From an uncultured Bacilli bacterium (GTDB lineage Bacteria > Bacillota_I > Bacilli_A > RF39 > UBA660), in contig CAKOJJ010000001.1 in assembly GCA_934089275.1 (NCBI GenBank), positions 180,296 to 244,295 on the forward strand: DNA of 64,000 nt, in the 5' to 3' direction. The notes below the pieces were generated by a model. That model was not told the origin of the DNA, did not search any database, and was given only the letters and a program-made list of their open reading frames with translations. How positions within the stretch are numbered: position 1 is the first letter of the stretch; the number at the start of each line of letters is the position of its first letter. The translations under genes and the position numbers were made by a program. Of the stretch, positions 30,201 through 41,470 are shown piece after piece.

Positions 30201-32990
30201 TATATCATGATTTTTAAGCAAATGTTTATAGTTATCAATTGGTTGAATTTCAATATAATCATAGAATTTCATTGCTTCAATTAAATCTTCTTCACATCTT
30301 GTTAAAGCAAGATTAAAAATCTCACCATTTAAACAAGCTGAACCAACCAAAATTCCTTCACGATATTCATTTATTAGTTTTCTTGGTATTTTAGCATTTC
30401 TTTCAATAAAGTTTGTATTAGCAAAGCTAATAAGTTTAAACATATTTTTTAAACCAACTTTATTTTTAGCAATAAAAGTTACATGTTTTGTATAATCATA
30501 AATATTAGCAAGATTTTCTGTAAATGTTTTACCAGGAATATTTTCATACATTTGTAAGAAATCATCTTTACACCAAGGGAATTTCCATACATAATCTTTA
30601 TTATCATATTTCAAGAAAGGATAATCTTTATCTTCATACGTTTTATCTTCTTCAACTGGAATTACATAGTTTTTATACGAGCATAATTCAGCGATATTGC
30701 CAAGTTTCTTATGATCATTTTTAAAAGCAACATCCTCTAGTTTATAAAGATCATTTAATTCAGATATTTTAGTTAAACCTTCAATTTGTTTTAACATCTT
30801 ATTGAATATATATCCAGTATTTTCTGAGTCGACATCAGCACCATGGTGTTGTCCAACATAAATAGTTACTGGGATTTCTTTTTCACCAAAAGTGCTTGCA
30901 TAATTTATAACACAAGCATTTTCTGCTGGATGAAGCGTAAAATCACGTTTTATTACACTTCCATCCTTAAATTTAACCTCAATTTCACACTTTTCTGTTT
31001 TACTCTTCTTATAAATTGTTGGAAGATAATAAGTATTTCTAACCTTAGTTACTTTACTTTCAGTTGTAATATCATTATCTAAATATTCTTCACTTTGAAC
31101 TTTCAAAATAGATTCAGAATCAACTAAAACATCTTCAATCTTTTCTCCATCTTCATCATCAAATTTGAAACTTCCAGATGGAAGAGCTGTATCGCTTTGT
31201 TCTTCATCTTCAGCTTCTCCAGTATCAATACCATAAAATTTACCTAAAGCTTTCAAACTGTGTTTCTTAAGTTCACGGTTTACTACTCTTGATAACATTA
31301 AAGTATCAATAATTGGATTTTCTAATTTTCCTAAATTATATTTATAATATGCCATATCTAACATATTCTTATCGAATCTAGCATTGTGTGCTACTAAAGG
31401 TAAAGAACCGATCCATTCTTTAAAACGTTTTATAACGTTTTCTTCATTATCAGCATCTTTAACGTCATCATCACTTATATTAGTAACTCTTGTAATTGAT
31501 TCATCTATATGTCGTCCTGGATTAATAAGTTCATCAAATCTATCAACAACTTCACCATTTTTAAGTTTTACTGCACCAATTTCAATCATAGAATCACTTA
31601 AACCAGGGTTAAAACCTGTTGTTTCTGTATCGAATATAACAAATGTATTATCTTCAATTAGTTCATCGTTTGGATTGAAAACAACATTAAGTTTGCTTTC
31701 AGTCATCTCAAGTTCGACACCGTATCCAGCTTTAAATGGAACAAAATTTTTCTTCTCTTCTTTTAAACTTTCAATATACTTTTCTAACTCTTCTATTCCT
31801 TCTTGATTTCCTGAACTTTTAATATTTTCAAGAGTTTCTTCATTTTCTTTAATCTTAGCATCAAGATCTTTTTTTCTTCCCTTATTAAATTTTGTAACTG
31901 TATCAAATACATGTGGAAATGATTGACAGCAATCATGATCAGTTATAGCAATACCTTTATGACCATAATCCATTGCACGCTTCACTAGAGCAACTTCATC
32001 ACAAACACCATCCATTTGACTCATCATTGTATGTGCATGAAGCTCACATCTTTTTTCAATTTCTTCATCTTTTCGCTTAATAGTAGGATCATCAATTTCT
32101 TCATAACTTCTAAATTGGAAAACCAAATCATGTGCAAAAGAATCATCTCTAACTTGACCAATAAAATGATACCATTTACCAGATTTTAATTCTTTTCCAT
32201 ATTTATTAAATTCTTCTTCATCACCAGCAAAAGTTTTAGCTAATATGCTCGAAGTATTATCACTTATTTTCAAAGTTATCAAATATAATGGATTACCATC
32301 TTTTTTCTTTAAAACACTGAAGTCAGTAGAAAAAATATAAGCTTCTAAATTTACTGCATTTTCTTCTTTTTCAATTGAAGCAATAGAAACAATACCTTCT
32401 CTTTGATATTCAACTTTTTTCTTAGGTGTCCATTTTGGTTTATCTTCAACAACTACTTTTGTTGGAATAATAACATTTTCTTTAGCAGCTTCTATTTTTT
32501 CTTTAATGTTCTTTTTTTCTTCTTCATTTATTTTAAATGAAGCATCTATTCCATGTATACCAAGAGTGTCCATGCGATTTAAAATTTTCTTCACTTCTTT
32601 TTTTAAAGTTGCTTCTTCATTTTTACTTGTAACTTCTATTAAAATAATATCATCATCAATATCAATTGAGTCTTTATTTATACCACCCAAACTCGGATAA
32701 TTATCTATTACCTCATCTAGAAAATATAAGAAATATTCAAGAATTAATTGACTTGGCAATACCTCATAATTCATCTCGATAATAATAGATTTAACGTCAT
32801 TTATTCCATCTTTACACAAAGTAATCAAATTCATCATTGATTTTACAGGAATAAGTTCTTTTGCGTTAATTCTAATAATCCAAGTTGTTCCATTATCCCT
32901 TATTGCCATTTCTTTAAACTTAGCATTTTCAAATGCAAGTACATCATTATAATTGATTAATTTAAAAAAGTTTATTAGTTTTTCATCCAT
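27246..32990 (-). CDS. polC: DNA polymerase III alpha subunit, PolC type, with large lineage-specific insertions
   Basis: Exo motifs FDTETTG, AHNARFD and HHGADVD; PHP motif ELHAHT; Zn module CPNC...CPKCG; GVKRTTGQHPGG; LDILGHDDPT; C-terminal NQLSLF. It is 1914 aa versus about 1440 aa for Bacillus PolC. Confidence 0.95.
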   Translation of the reverse strand: MDEKLINFFKLINYNDVLAFENAKFKEMAIRDNGTTWIIRINAKELIPVKSMMNLITLCKDGINDVKSIIIEMNYEVLPSQLILEYFLYFLDEVIDNYPSLGGINKDSIDIDDDIILIEVTSKNEEATLKKEVKKILNRMDTLGIHGIDASFKINEEEKKNIKEKIEAAKENVIIPTKVVVEDKPKWTPKKKVEYQREGIVSIASIEKEENAVNLEAYIFSTDFSVLKKKDGNPLYLITLKISDNTSSILAKTFAGDEEEFNKYGKELKSGKWYHFIGQVRDDSFAHDLVFQFRSYEEIDDPTIKRKDEEIEKRCELHAHTMMSQMDGVCDEVALVKRAMDYGHKGIAITDHDCCQSFPHVFDTVTKFNKGRKKDLDAKIKENEETLENIKSSGNQEGIEELEKYIESLKEEKKNFVPFKAGYGVELEMTESKLNVVFNPNDELIEDNTFVIFDTETTGFNPGLSDSMIEIGAVKLKNGEVVDRFDELINPGRHIDESITRVTNISDDDVKDADNEENVIKRFKEWIGSLPLVAHNARFDKNMLDMAYYKYNLGKLENPIIDTLMLSRVVNRELKKHSLKALGKFYGIDTGEAEDEEQSDTALPSGSFKFDDEDGEKIEDVLVDSESILKVQSEEYLDNDITTESKVTKVRNTYYLPTIYKKSKTEKCEIEVKFKDGSVIKRDFTLHPAENACVINYASTFGEKEIPVTIYVGQHHGADVDSENTGYIFNKMLKQIEGLTKISELNDLYKLEDVAFKNDHKKLGNIAELCSYKNYVIPVEEDKTYEDKDYPFLKYDNKDYVWKFPWCKDDFLQMYENIPGKTFTENLANIYDYTKHVTFIAKNKVGLKNMFKLISFANTNFIERNAKIPRKLINEYREGILVGSACLNGEIFNLALTRCEEDLIEAMKFYDYIEIQPIDNYKHLLKNHDISNMDDLKLAIRKIIKCAKSLGKIIVATSDVHNIDPQDLISREIIVNQNVPGKGRHPLARYLKGDYKINVNKENIEHAIKQAHDKGHDLTSVDIKVLKYIYALTNVRNVEITSNNLALVYAVDKNNQDEAAAKTSFEEKKYMIDSSLRKLQIAGLVSVNYVNGTYSLLCKYTKSEIPKMGHIPNQFFRTTREMLDEFAWLNDRDLIHEIVIENPNKIIDMLEEIEVVVYPDKPYSPIIEHSQETCRDLVFDKAHSMYGDPLPANIEERIAQEFYGDKINVLVQEKIDIEHPEMSEEEKKAIFTPTLHDVIMSGYDGVVNLKKEQVKRLSDKELTDEEAIEEAKAQLTGIIGGGFDVIYLIAQKLVKHSNDDGYLVGSRGSVGSSFVASMMGITECNGLPAHYYCPNCQYSEFNDKDGHPYSENYPSGFDLPETNCPKCGTQMIHQGNDMPFATFLGFAGEKVPDIDLNFSGDNQASAHEYTKVLFGTDNVYRAGTIGTVADKTAFGYVQGYYEDVMYNELTIECACFGLSVTSKDELRKKGLVKSFIRIPEVERMAVGCTGVKRTTGQHPGGIVVVPGYKDIWDFTPFQYPADDPTVAWRTTHFDYHAIDADLLKLDILGHDDPTVLKMLQDLSGIDVTKIDLGDRDTMKIFTGPEVLGVEKTRLRGLTSKDGVKYCPTGTLGVPEFGTSFLLGMLEETKPTTFAELIKISGLSHGTDVWLGNARDLCTPDENGNIQVPFKNVIGCRDDIMVNLIQWGVPAGKAFKIMEFVRKGKPSKDPATWAEHAAFLREYNIPEWYIESCRKIKYMFPKAHATAYVTSAFRIAWFKVHHPIWYYCAYLSIRRDAFDIPSMIRGENAIREKIDEIDAKGNLASNKETDTRDTLCICLEAAARGIYFKNIDIEKSDAKKFVITEDGKGLIIPFCALDGLGENVAKEIIKAREEAPFISQEDLQKRGKVNGSSIERLKALGCLDGLSESNQLSLF

Positions 32991-33185
32991 GAAGCTACAC
33001 CCTACCTATATGAATTATTATACAATAAATATCATTAAAACTAAACCGATTTATCAACTTTTTTAATAGTATTTTTTATGTAATGAAAAACTTAATATCA
33101 AAAAAAGAAGCTTTGTTATAAAGCTCCTTAAACATTATTGCTATCAACTTATTAATAGCCTTACTCTTCATTGCTTTGAAGTAGT

Positions 33186-33219
33186 ATCACTTATAAATAA
33201 AAACGACACTCATCTGCAA
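33186..33219 (-). terminator. rho-independent terminator downstream of rpoC
   Basis: gacactcatc (33194..33203) pairs with gataagtgtc (33210..33219) with one mismatch. A T-rich run follows on the minus strand. Confidence 0.55.
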
Positions 33220-33355
33220 AGATAAGTGTCAAACCATATTTTGGGTAGACATTCAACTTGGCTTACTGAATGTTCCCTTTTTTATTGTATGCAATATTGC
33301 ATCTCTAAATACATATTACTACATATGTTTTTATTTTGCAAGAAAAAAGAAGAAA

Positions 33356-36300
33356 CTATTCAGCTTCTTCTTCGTTAGTTTCTTCATCAACAACAACTAA
33401 CTCTTCTTTAATATCATCAGTATCATCATCTAAGAATTGATCTTCTAATACTTCGCTAGCATCATCAGATAAGAAATCTTTTTCAAGTTGAATTTCAATA
33501 TCTGAATATTGTTTAGCACCAGTTCCTGCTGGGATAAGTTTACCAAGGATAACATTTTCTTTTAATCCCTTTAAGTAATCAACTTTACCTTTAATAGCAG
33601 CATCTGTTAATACTCTTGTAGTCTCTTGGAATGATGCAGCAGATAAGAATGAATCAGTTTCAAGAGCACTCTTAGTTATACCTAAGATTACTGGTCTACC
33701 AGTAGCTGGTACACCACCAGATAAGATAACTGGTTTATTTCTATCGGCAAATTCTTTCATTGATACAGTTAATCCTGCAACTAAGTCAGAATCTCCTTCA
33801 TCAACTACTCTCATCTTATTAATCATTCTACTAGCTATAATTTCAACGTGTTTATCAGAAATATCAACACCTTGAGATTTATAAACTTTTAAGATTTCTT
33901 TTAAGATATAATTTTGAGTTGTAATTGGGTCAGTAACAGCAAGTAATTCTTTTGGACTAATAGCTCCTTGAGTAAGTTTTTGTCCAGCAACTACTTCAGT
34001 ACCAACTTCTACAACTAATTTAGCTTCATAAGTTGTTGTATGTTCTCTAGATTCAACATCGTTTGTAATAGTAACTTTCCATTTACCATTTGCGTCTTCA
34101 ATATTTGTAATTTTACCATTGATTTCAGCAATAGTAGATTTACCTTTTGGATTACGAGCTTCAAACAACTCTTCAACTCTTGGAAGACCTTGAGTGATAT
34201 CGGCATCTCCACCATGGGCAGCACCACCTGAGTGGAATGTACGCATTGTTAACTGAGTACCAGGTTCACCAATTGATTGAGCAGCCATAATACCTACAGC
34301 TTCACCAGTTTCAACTAAGTTACCAGTAGCTAAGTTAATACCATAACATTTTTGACATACACCATTTTCAGCTGTACATGTTAGAGCACTACGAATTTCA
34401 ACTTCTTTAATTCCTGCTTTAATAATCTTAGCAGCAATTGATTCAGTAATAAGTTCGTTTTTATCAATAATTGTTTCTTTTGTTTCTGGATTAATTACTT
34501 TCTTAGCAGTATATCTTCCAGTTATACGATCAACTAAACCTTCAATTACAGATCCATCTTTATCGTCAACTAAGTCAGATACAACTAGACCAGATAAACA
34601 TCCACAATCAGCTTCTTTAACAATGATATCTTGAGCAACATCTACAAGTCTTCTCGTTAAGTAACCTGAATCGGCAGTACGTAATGCTGTATCGGCAGAT
34701 CCTTTACGAGCACCATGTGTATTTAAGAAGAACTCATTAACTTTACGTCCTTCAACAAGTGATGAAGTTATTGGAACTTCAGAAACTGTTCCATCTGGTT
34801 TTGCCATTAATCCTGACATTCCTGCCATTTGACCGAATTGTCCAACAGATCCACGGGCACCAGAGTTCATCATCATGAAGATTGGATTATCAATTTGTTC
34901 TTTGGCAATACTAGCAAGTTCACCATGAACCTTATCTTGTACACCATTCCATACGTCACATACTGAGTTGTGTCTTTCTTCATCAGTAATTAAACCACGT
35001 TTAAATTGTTTATTGATTTGTTCAACTTTATCATGACCCTCTTTTAAGTATTCTTGCTTATGAGCAGATACAACGATATCAGACATTGAGAATGTAATAC
35101 CTGCTATAGTAGAGAACTTAAATCCTAAGTCTTTTAATTTATCAAGCATTATTGAAGTTTCAGTTGTTTTATAACGTTTGAATACTTGAGCAATAATCTT
35201 TTGTAAATCTTTCTTACCAAATGGTTGAGAAAGAGGCATTTTACTTATTTCTTCAGGAATATTTACTCCTTGATCTAAGAAGTATTTCATTGGAGTTATT
35301 CCTTCAATATTTTCCTTAGTTGGTTCTGATAAATATTGGAAAGTATCTGGTAAAATTTGGTTAAATTTAATTTTACCTACAGTAGTTACTAAATACTTAT
35401 CTTGAACATCATCTAAGAATAATTTATATTTAAAACTTCTAACTGGAATAGCAATTCTTGTATGTAAAGTAATTTCTTTTCTTTCATAAGCCATTAAAGC
35501 TTCATCTTCATTTTTATATACTTTACCTTCATGCTCTTCTCCAGCTTTTTCCATTGTTAGATAATAGTTACCTAAAACCATATCTTGTCCTGGAGTAACG
35601 ATTGGTTTTCCATCAGATGGTTTTAAAATGTTGTTAGCACCTAACATAAGAATTCTAGCTTCAGCTTTAGCTTCTTCTGAAAGTGGAACGTGTACTGCCA
35701 TTTGGTCTCCATCGAAGTCAGCGTTGAATGCTGTACAAACAAGTGGATGTAGACGAATAGCTTTACCACCTACTAGTTTAGGTTCAAATGCTTGAATACC
35801 TAATCTATGTAGAGTTGGTGCACGGTTTAACATTACTGGATGTTCAGTGATAACATCTTCAACGATATCCCAAACACAGTCATCTCTATTATCAATTAAT
35901 TTCTTAGCGCCTTTAATATTGTGAGCAAGTCCTGCATTAACTAAACCATTAATTACATGTGGTTTAAATAATTCAAGAGCCATTTCTTTAGGTATACCAC
36001 ATTGATACATTTTTAAACTTGGTCCAACAACGATAACTGAACGACCTGAGTAGTCAACACGTTTACCTAATAAGTTTTGACGGAAACGTCCTTGTTTACC
36101 TTTAAGCATACTAGATAATGATTTTAATGGACGACTAGATGCAGCTGTAACACTTCTACCACGTCTACCATTATCAAATAATGTATCTACTGCTTCTTGT
36201 AACATACGTTTTTCGTTTTGAACGATTATTGATGGAGCACCTAATTCAAGTAATTTTTTCAAACGATTATTTCTATTAATAATTCTTCTATATAAATCAT

Positions 36301-37063
36301 TTAAATCAGATGTAGCAAATCTACCACCATCAAGTTGAATCATTGGTCTTAAATCTGGTGGAATAACTGGAATAGCATCTAGTATCATCCATTCAGGTTT
36401 ATTACCACTTTCTTGGAATGCAACTAAGCAATCAAGACGTTTACCTAAACGAATTCTCTTTTGGCCTGTTGCGCCATTTAATTCTTCTTTTAATGCTTCA
36501 ACTTCTTTATCAACATCTACTTCTTGTAGAAGTTTCTTAATAGCTTCAGCACCCATACCTACTTCGAAACCATTTCCATATTTTTCATAGTAAGCACGGT
36601 ATTCTTTATCAGATAAAGTTTGTTTCTTTGCAAGTGGAGCATTTCCTGGATCAATTACTACATAACTTACGAAATATAGTACTTCTTCTAGTTCTCTTGG
36701 AGACATATCTAGAACAAGACCCATCTTAGATGGAACACCTTTAAAGAACCAAATATGAGAGCAAGGAGAAGCAAGCTCTATATGTCCCATACGTTCACGA
36801 CGTACTTTAGACTTAGTAACTTCTACTCCGCATCTATCACATATGACATTTTTATATCTTAATCTTTTATATTTACCACATGAACATTCATAATCTTTAC
36901 TTGGTCCAAAGATTTTTTCACAGAATAGTCCATCTCTTTCTGGTTTTAAAGTACGATAGTTGATAGTTTCTGGTTTTTTTACTTCACCATAAGACCATTC
37001 TCTTATTTTCTCAGGGCTAGCAATACTAATTCTTATACCTTTAATGTTGTTAACTTCTAACAT
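33356..37063 (-). CDS. rpoC: DNA-directed RNA polymerase subunit beta'
   Basis: [14 protein letters not shown] catalytic motif, Zn-finger CSCGKYK...CDRCG. 1235 aa. Confidence 0.98.
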   Translation of the reverse strand: MLEVNNIKGIRISIASPEKIREWSYGEVKKPETINYRTLKPERDGLFCEKIFGPSKDYECSCGKYKRLRYKNVICDRCGVEVTKSKVRRERMGHIELASPCSHIWFFKGVPSKMGLVLDMSPRELEEVLYFVSYVVIDPGNAPLAKKQTLSDKEYRAYYEKYGNGFEVGMGAEAIKKLLQEVDVDKEVEALKEELNGATGQKRIRLGKRLDCLVAFQESGNKPEWMILDAIPVIPPDLRPMIQLDGGRFATSDLNDLYRRIINRNNRLKKLLELGAPSIIVQNEKRMLQEAVDTLFDNGRRGRSVTAASSRPLKSLSSMLKGKQGRFRQNLLGKRVDYSGRSVIVVGPSLKMYQCGIPKEMALELFKPHVINGLVNAGLAHNIKGAKKLIDNRDDCVWDIVEDVITEHPVMLNRAPTLHRLGIQAFEPKLVGGKAIRLHPLVCTAFNADFDGDQMAVHVPLSEEAKAEARILMLGANNILKPSDGKPIVTPGQDMVLGNYYLTMEKAGEEHEGKVYKNEDEALMAYERKEITLHTRIAIPVRSFKYKLFLDDVQDKYLVTTVGKIKFNQILPDTFQYLSEPTKENIEGITPMKYFLDQGVNIPEEISKMPLSQPFGKKDLQKIIAQVFKRYKTTETSIMLDKLKDLGFKFSTIAGITFSMSDIVVSAHKQEYLKEGHDKVEQINKQFKRGLITDEERHNSVCDVWNGVQDKVHGELASIAKEQIDNPIFMMMNSGARGSVGQFGQMAGMSGLMAKPDGTVSEVPITSSLVEGRKVNEFFLNTHGARKGSADTALRTADSGYLTRRLVDVAQDIIVKEADCGCLSGLVVSDLVDDKDGSVIEGLVDRITGRYTAKKVINPETKETIIDKNELITESIAAKIIKAGIKEVEIRSALTCTAENGVCQKCYGINLATGNLVETGEAVGIMAAQSIGEPGTQLTMRTFHSGGAAHGGDADITQGLPRVEELFEARNPKGKSTIAEINGKITNIEDANGKWKVTITNDVESREHTTTYEAKLVVEVGTEVVAGQKLTQGAISPKELLAVTDPITTQNYILKEILKVYKSQGVDISDKHVEIIASRMINKMRVVDEGDSDLVAGLTVSMKEFADRNKPVILSGGVPATGRPVILGITKSALETDSFLSAASFQETTRVLTDAAIKGKVDYLKGLKENVILGKLIPAGTGAKQYSDIEIQLEKDFLSDDASEVLEDQFLDDDTDDIKEELVVVDEETNEEEAE

Positions 37064-40000
37064 TATTCTTCCCCTCCTTCAAAACCATTTTCCAAAGCCA
37101 TGATATCATCAAGACTTGGTTCATCTTCGAATTCTTCATCTTCATTTTCGAATTCATCTGTTTCTTCATCCTCTACTGGAGGTTCTTCTGGAATTGGTTT
37201 TCCTTTTACTTCTCCAGTATTGATATCTATTTCATCAATAGTTAATGCATCACCATCATCTTCATCTGCTTCAAGTTCTCTTAAATCATGAACTTTATCG
37301 TCATAATCGATCATTTCAATATTTAATCCTAGAGCTTGGAACTCTTTAATTAATACTCTGAAACTTTCTGGAACACCAGCAGTTGAAATTGGTTTACCTT
37401 TAACTAAAGCTTCATATACTTTAACACGTCCAGTTACATCATCTGATTTAACTGTCATAATTTCTTGTAGAACATGACTTGCACCATATGCATATAGTGC
37501 CCAAACTTCCATTTCTCCAAATCTTTGACCACCAAATTGAGCTTTACCACCTAAAGGTTGTTGAGTAACTAAACTGTATGGTCCAGTTGAACGAGCATGA
37601 AGTTTGTCATCTACCATGTGGTGAAGTTTAATCATATACATGACACCAACAGATACTCTATTTTCGAATGGTTCACCAGTTTTACCATCATATAGAACAG
37701 TTTTACCATCATGATCCATTCCAGCTTCATCCATCATTTCATAGATTTCATCGATTGTTGCACCATCGAATACAGGAGTTGCAACATGTACGCCAAGTTT
37801 CTTAGCTGCCATACCTAAGTGTAATTCTAGAATTTGTCCTAGATTCATACGGCTTGGAACACCTTGTGGATTTAATACTACATCTACAGGTCTTCCATCT
37901 GGCATATAAGGCATATCCTCTTCTGGTAATATCAATGAAACAACACCTTTATTACCATGACGTCCAGACATCTTATCTCCTACTTGAATCTTACGTTTTT
38001 GAACTATGTAAATTCTTACAACTTTAGATACACCAGCAGGAAGTTCATCGCTGTTTTCTTTAGTATATACTTTAACATCATGAACAATACCATCAGCTCC
38101 GTGAGCAACTCTTAATGAAGTATCTCTAACTTCACGAGTTTTTTCTCCGAATATTGCATGTAATAATTTTTCTTCTGAAGTTAATTCTTGAACACCTTTT
38201 GGAGTAACTTTACCAACTAGGATATCTCCTTCATGTACTTCAGTACCAATTCTAATAATACCTTCAGCATCAAGATTACGTCTTGCATCTTCACCAACAT
38301 TTGGTATATCACGAGTAATCTCTTCAGGTCCAAGTTTAGTATCACGACAATCTATATCATAATGTTCAATATGTAGAGATGTATAAACATCATCTTTAAC
38401 TAATCTTTCATTTAATACAACGGCATCCTCATAGTTATATCCATTACATGTCATGAATGCTACAACCATGTTTTTACCTAAAGCTAATTCACCTTTATCA
38501 GTTGAAGGTCCATCAGCTATAACTTCTCCTTTGTGTACCTTTTCACCAGCAACAACAATTGGAGAATGATTTATACAACTTTCAGCATTACTTCTTTCAA
38601 AGTTTGCTAAGTAATATACATCTTTATCTTTTTGAGTTTTAACAACTATTTTTTTAGCATCAGCATATTCAACTACACCATCTGCTTTACAAACTATTGT
38701 AGATCCTGAATCTCTTGCTGCTATATACTCAACACCTGTTCCAATTAAAGGAGCTTCAGTTCTAAGTAGTGGAACAGCTTGACGTTGCATGTTTGAACCC
38801 ATTAGGGCACGAGTTGCATCATCGTGATCCAAGAATGGAATAATACTTGTAGTGATAGAAACAATTTGACTTGGGGCAACATCAATAAAATTAATTTGAC
38901 TTGCTTTAGCATAAACGTTATCACCATTTAAACGGCATGCGTTTTCATCACTTGTTAAATTATTATTTTCATCCATTTCAATAGTTGCTTGTCCAATGTA
39001 ATAGTCTGCTTCTTCATCAGCAGTTAAATAAACTATTTCATCAGTAACATGTTTATCAACAACTTTTCTATATGGAGTCATTATAAATCCATATTCATTA
39101 ATCTTAGCATAACTTGCTAAAGATGTAATAAGACCGATGTTTGCACCTTCTGGAGATTCGATTGGACAAATTCTTCCGTAGTGAGATACGTTAACGTCAC
39201 GAACATCCATTCCAGCTCTATCACGAGATAAACCACCAGGTCCTAAAGAACTTAAACGACGTTTATCTGTTAACTCAGCTATTGGATTGATTTGATCCAT
39301 GAATTTTGACAATTGACTTGAACCAAAGAATTCTTTCATAGCTGCTGTAACTGGTCTTATGTTGATTAATGTTTTTGGAGTAATTTGATCTAATTCTTGA
39401 GTAGTCATTCTTTCACGAATAACTCTTTCCATACGAGCAATACCAGTTTTGAATTGATTTTGAATTAATTCACCAACTTGTCTTACACGTCTGTTTCCTA
39501 AATGGTCAATTTCATCAACATTTCCGAATCCATCAAGTAAGTCTAAATAGTAACTTACTGCACCATAAACATCGCTTATAGTAAGTCTTCTAGAATCGAT
39601 TGATTGATCATTACCGATTATAGTAATTACTCTATTTTCATTCTTTTTATCATATACTTTTACTGTTTGAACTTTATTATATTGATCAAGTTCATCATTA
39701 ATTTTAATTTCTTTTACATTGTAACCATCGGCAAATATTGGTCTTAATGTTTCAAGAATTGTTTTATCTACTATTGTACCTTTTTCACATATAACTTGTT
39801 TATCGACTTTAATATCTTCTGCTAGTTTCATTCCTAAAAGTCTATCTAAGACATTTAGTTTTTTATTAAATTTATAACGTCCAACTTTTGCTAAGTCATA
39901 ACGGAACTTATCGAAGAATCTTGTAATCATTTGATTCTTTGCAGATTCAAGTGTTGCAGGTTCTCCTGGACGTAATTTTTCATATATTTCAATTAAGGCT

Positions 40001-40698
40001 TCATCAGTATTCTTAGTTGAATCTTTTTCTAAAGTATTTTTAATGAATTGATTATCTTCACCAAATACTTCTAGAATTTCTTCATCACTAGATAAACCTA
40101 AAGCACGTAATAATGTTGTAATAGTAACTTTTCTAGTTCTATCTATACGAACATATACTACATCACGAGCATCAAGTTCAAATTCTAACCATGTACCTTT
40201 ATTTGGAATAATTTCTCCAGAAACAACTGGGCGTCCATTTTTATCGATTTCTCTTTTGAAATAGATTGATGGACTTCTTACTAATTGAGATACGATTACT
40301 CTTTCTACACCATTAATAATGAATGTTCCTGCATCAGTCATCATTGGCATGTCACCTAAGAAGATTTCTTGTTCTTTAACTTCTCCAGTTTCATGAATGA
40401 ATACTCTTGCTTGAACCTTTAAAGGTGCTGAGTAAGTAACCATTCTTTCTTTAGATTCCTTTACTCCATATCTAGGTTCATCAAATGAATATGAATCGAA
40501 TTCAAGTGATACCTTTCCTGTGAATGATTCTACTGGGAATACATCTTTAAATACTTCATCAATTCCTTCAGTTAAGAACCAATCATAACTTTTCTTTTGA
40601 ATTTCTAACAAGTCAGTCAATGCCAAGGCGTTAGTAGTTTTTGAGAAAGATCTTCTTTCTCTATGGTCACCAAATTTTTGAACTTTGTATGCCATCAT
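37063..40698 (-). CDS. rpoB: DNA-directed RNA polymerase subunit beta
   Basis: [13 protein letters not shown] and [10 protein letters not shown] motifs. 1211 aa with an acidic C-terminal tail. Confidence 0.98.
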   Translation of the reverse strand: MMAYKVQKFGDHRERRSFSKTTNALALTDLLEIQKKSYDWFLTEGIDEVFKDVFPVESFTGKVSLEFDSYSFDEPRYGVKESKERMVTYSAPLKVQARVFIHETGEVKEQEIFLGDMPMMTDAGTFIINGVERVIVSQLVRSPSIYFKREIDKNGRPVVSGEIIPNKGTWLEFELDARDVVYVRIDRTRKVTITTLLRALGLSSDEEILEVFGEDNQFIKNTLEKDSTKNTDEALIEIYEKLRPGEPATLESAKNQMITRFFDKFRYDLAKVGRYKFNKKLNVLDRLLGMKLAEDIKVDKQVICEKGTIVDKTILETLRPIFADGYNVKEIKINDELDQYNKVQTVKVYDKKNENRVITIIGNDQSIDSRRLTISDVYGAVSYYLDLLDGFGNVDEIDHLGNRRVRQVGELIQNQFKTGIARMERVIRERMTTQELDQITPKTLINIRPVTAAMKEFFGSSQLSKFMDQINPIAELTDKRRLSSLGPGGLSRDRAGMDVRDVNVSHYGRICPIESPEGANIGLITSLASYAKINEYGFIMTPYRKVVDKHVTDEIVYLTADEEADYYIGQATIEMDENNNLTSDENACRLNGDNVYAKASQINFIDVAPSQIVSITTSIIPFLDHDDATRALMGSNMQRQAVPLLRTEAPLIGTGVEYIAARDSGSTIVCKADGVVEYADAKKIVVKTQKDKDVYYLANFERSNAESCINHSPIVVAGEKVHKGEVIADGPSTDKGELALGKNMVVAFMTCNGYNYEDAVVLNERLVKDDVYTSLHIEHYDIDCRDTKLGPEEITRDIPNVGEDARRNLDAEGIIRIGTEVHEGDILVGKVTPKGVQELTSEEKLLHAIFGEKTREVRDTSLRVAHGADGIVHDVKVYTKENSDELPAGVSKVVRIYIVQKRKIQVGDKMSGRHGNKGVVSLILPEEDMPYMPDGRPVDVVLNPQGVPSRMNLGQILELHLGMAAKKLGVHVATPVFDGATIDEIYEMMDEAGMDHDGKTVLYDGKTGEPFENRVSVGVMYMIKLHHMVDDKLHARSTGPYSLVTQQPLGGKAQFGGQRFGEMEVWALYAYGASHVLQEIMTVKSDDVTGRVKVYEALVKGKPISTAGVPESFRVLIKEFQALGLNIEMIDYDDKVHDLRELEADEDDGDALTIDEIDINTGEVKGKPIPEEPPVEDEETDEFENEDEEFEDEPSLDDIMALENGFEGGEE

Positions 40699-40785
40699 TT
40701 CACCCCAATACTATAGTAATTTTTTGAGCTTCTCCACGCAAAAAGGAGTATTCGCCACCAATTTAAAATTTTATCAGTAATTCAA

Positions 40786-41382
40786 TTACTTGTCAATAAG
40801 TTTTGCTTTAATTATATAAAAACCTTTGCTTTTTTCAATTATATTTACATCGTATATACTTTTCATAGTTTCAATCATGCTTTTAGCACCTTGATCTTTA
40901 CGCATAACGATATAAAGATAACCAGATTTATTTAGATGTTTACTCGCTCCCATAATAAATTCAGTAATAACGGCTTTACCTGCACGAATAGGAGGATTAG
41001 TTAATATTACATCAAAACACCCATCTATGTTAGAATAAATATTTGACTCAACTATATTAACTTTCAAGCCAAACTTTTTAGCATTCATCTCTGTTAAATG
41101 AAGGGCCCGTTTGTTAACATCCGCAAGAGTAACTGAAATATTTTTATACTTGCAAATCGTTAAACCAATTACACCATATCCACATCCTAAATCAAGAACA
41201 CTTGAATATGATATATCTTCTTTTAAAAAAGTTTCAATTAATAACTTAGAGCCATAATCAACTTTATCTTTAGAAAACACTCCTAAATCACTTGTAAACT
41301 CTAAAGAATCATCAAAAATATGTAAATAAACGTTTCTAAATTCACTTTTTAATTTACTATTATTAGTAAAATAATGTTCCAT
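40786..41382 (-). CDS. class I SAM-dependent methyltransferase (YbxB/RsmC small-domain type)
   Basis: VLDLGCGYGVIG (motif I) and TNPPIRAG (motif IV). Same position upstream of rpoB as ybxB in Bacillus. Confidence 0.8.
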   Translation of the reverse strand: MEHYFTNNSKLKSEFRNVYLHIFDDSLEFTSDLGVFSKDKVDYGSKLLIETFLKEDISYSSVLDLGCGYGVIGLTICKYKNISVTLADVNKRALHLTEMNAKKFGLKVNIVESNIYSNIDGCFDVILTNPPIRAGKAVITEFIMGASKHLNKSGYLYIVMRKDQGAKSMIETMKSIYDVNIIEKSKGFYIIKAKLIDK

Positions 41383-41470
41383 AAGATTCCCCTTTGATAA
41401 ACAAGATTATATCAAATTATGGAATCTAACTCAAGAACTTTCTAAAACAAATCGTTGTTTCAACACTCTT

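Noticed and set aside
27246-32990. Inteins as the cause of the oversized PolC
   Set aside because: The insert junctions lack the Cys/Ser/Thr N-terminal nucleophile combined with a C-terminal His-Asn followed by Cys/Ser/Thr. No homing-endonuclease (LAGLIDADG or HNH) motifs are present. The inserts have the same Lys/Glu/Asn-rich composition as the host protein.
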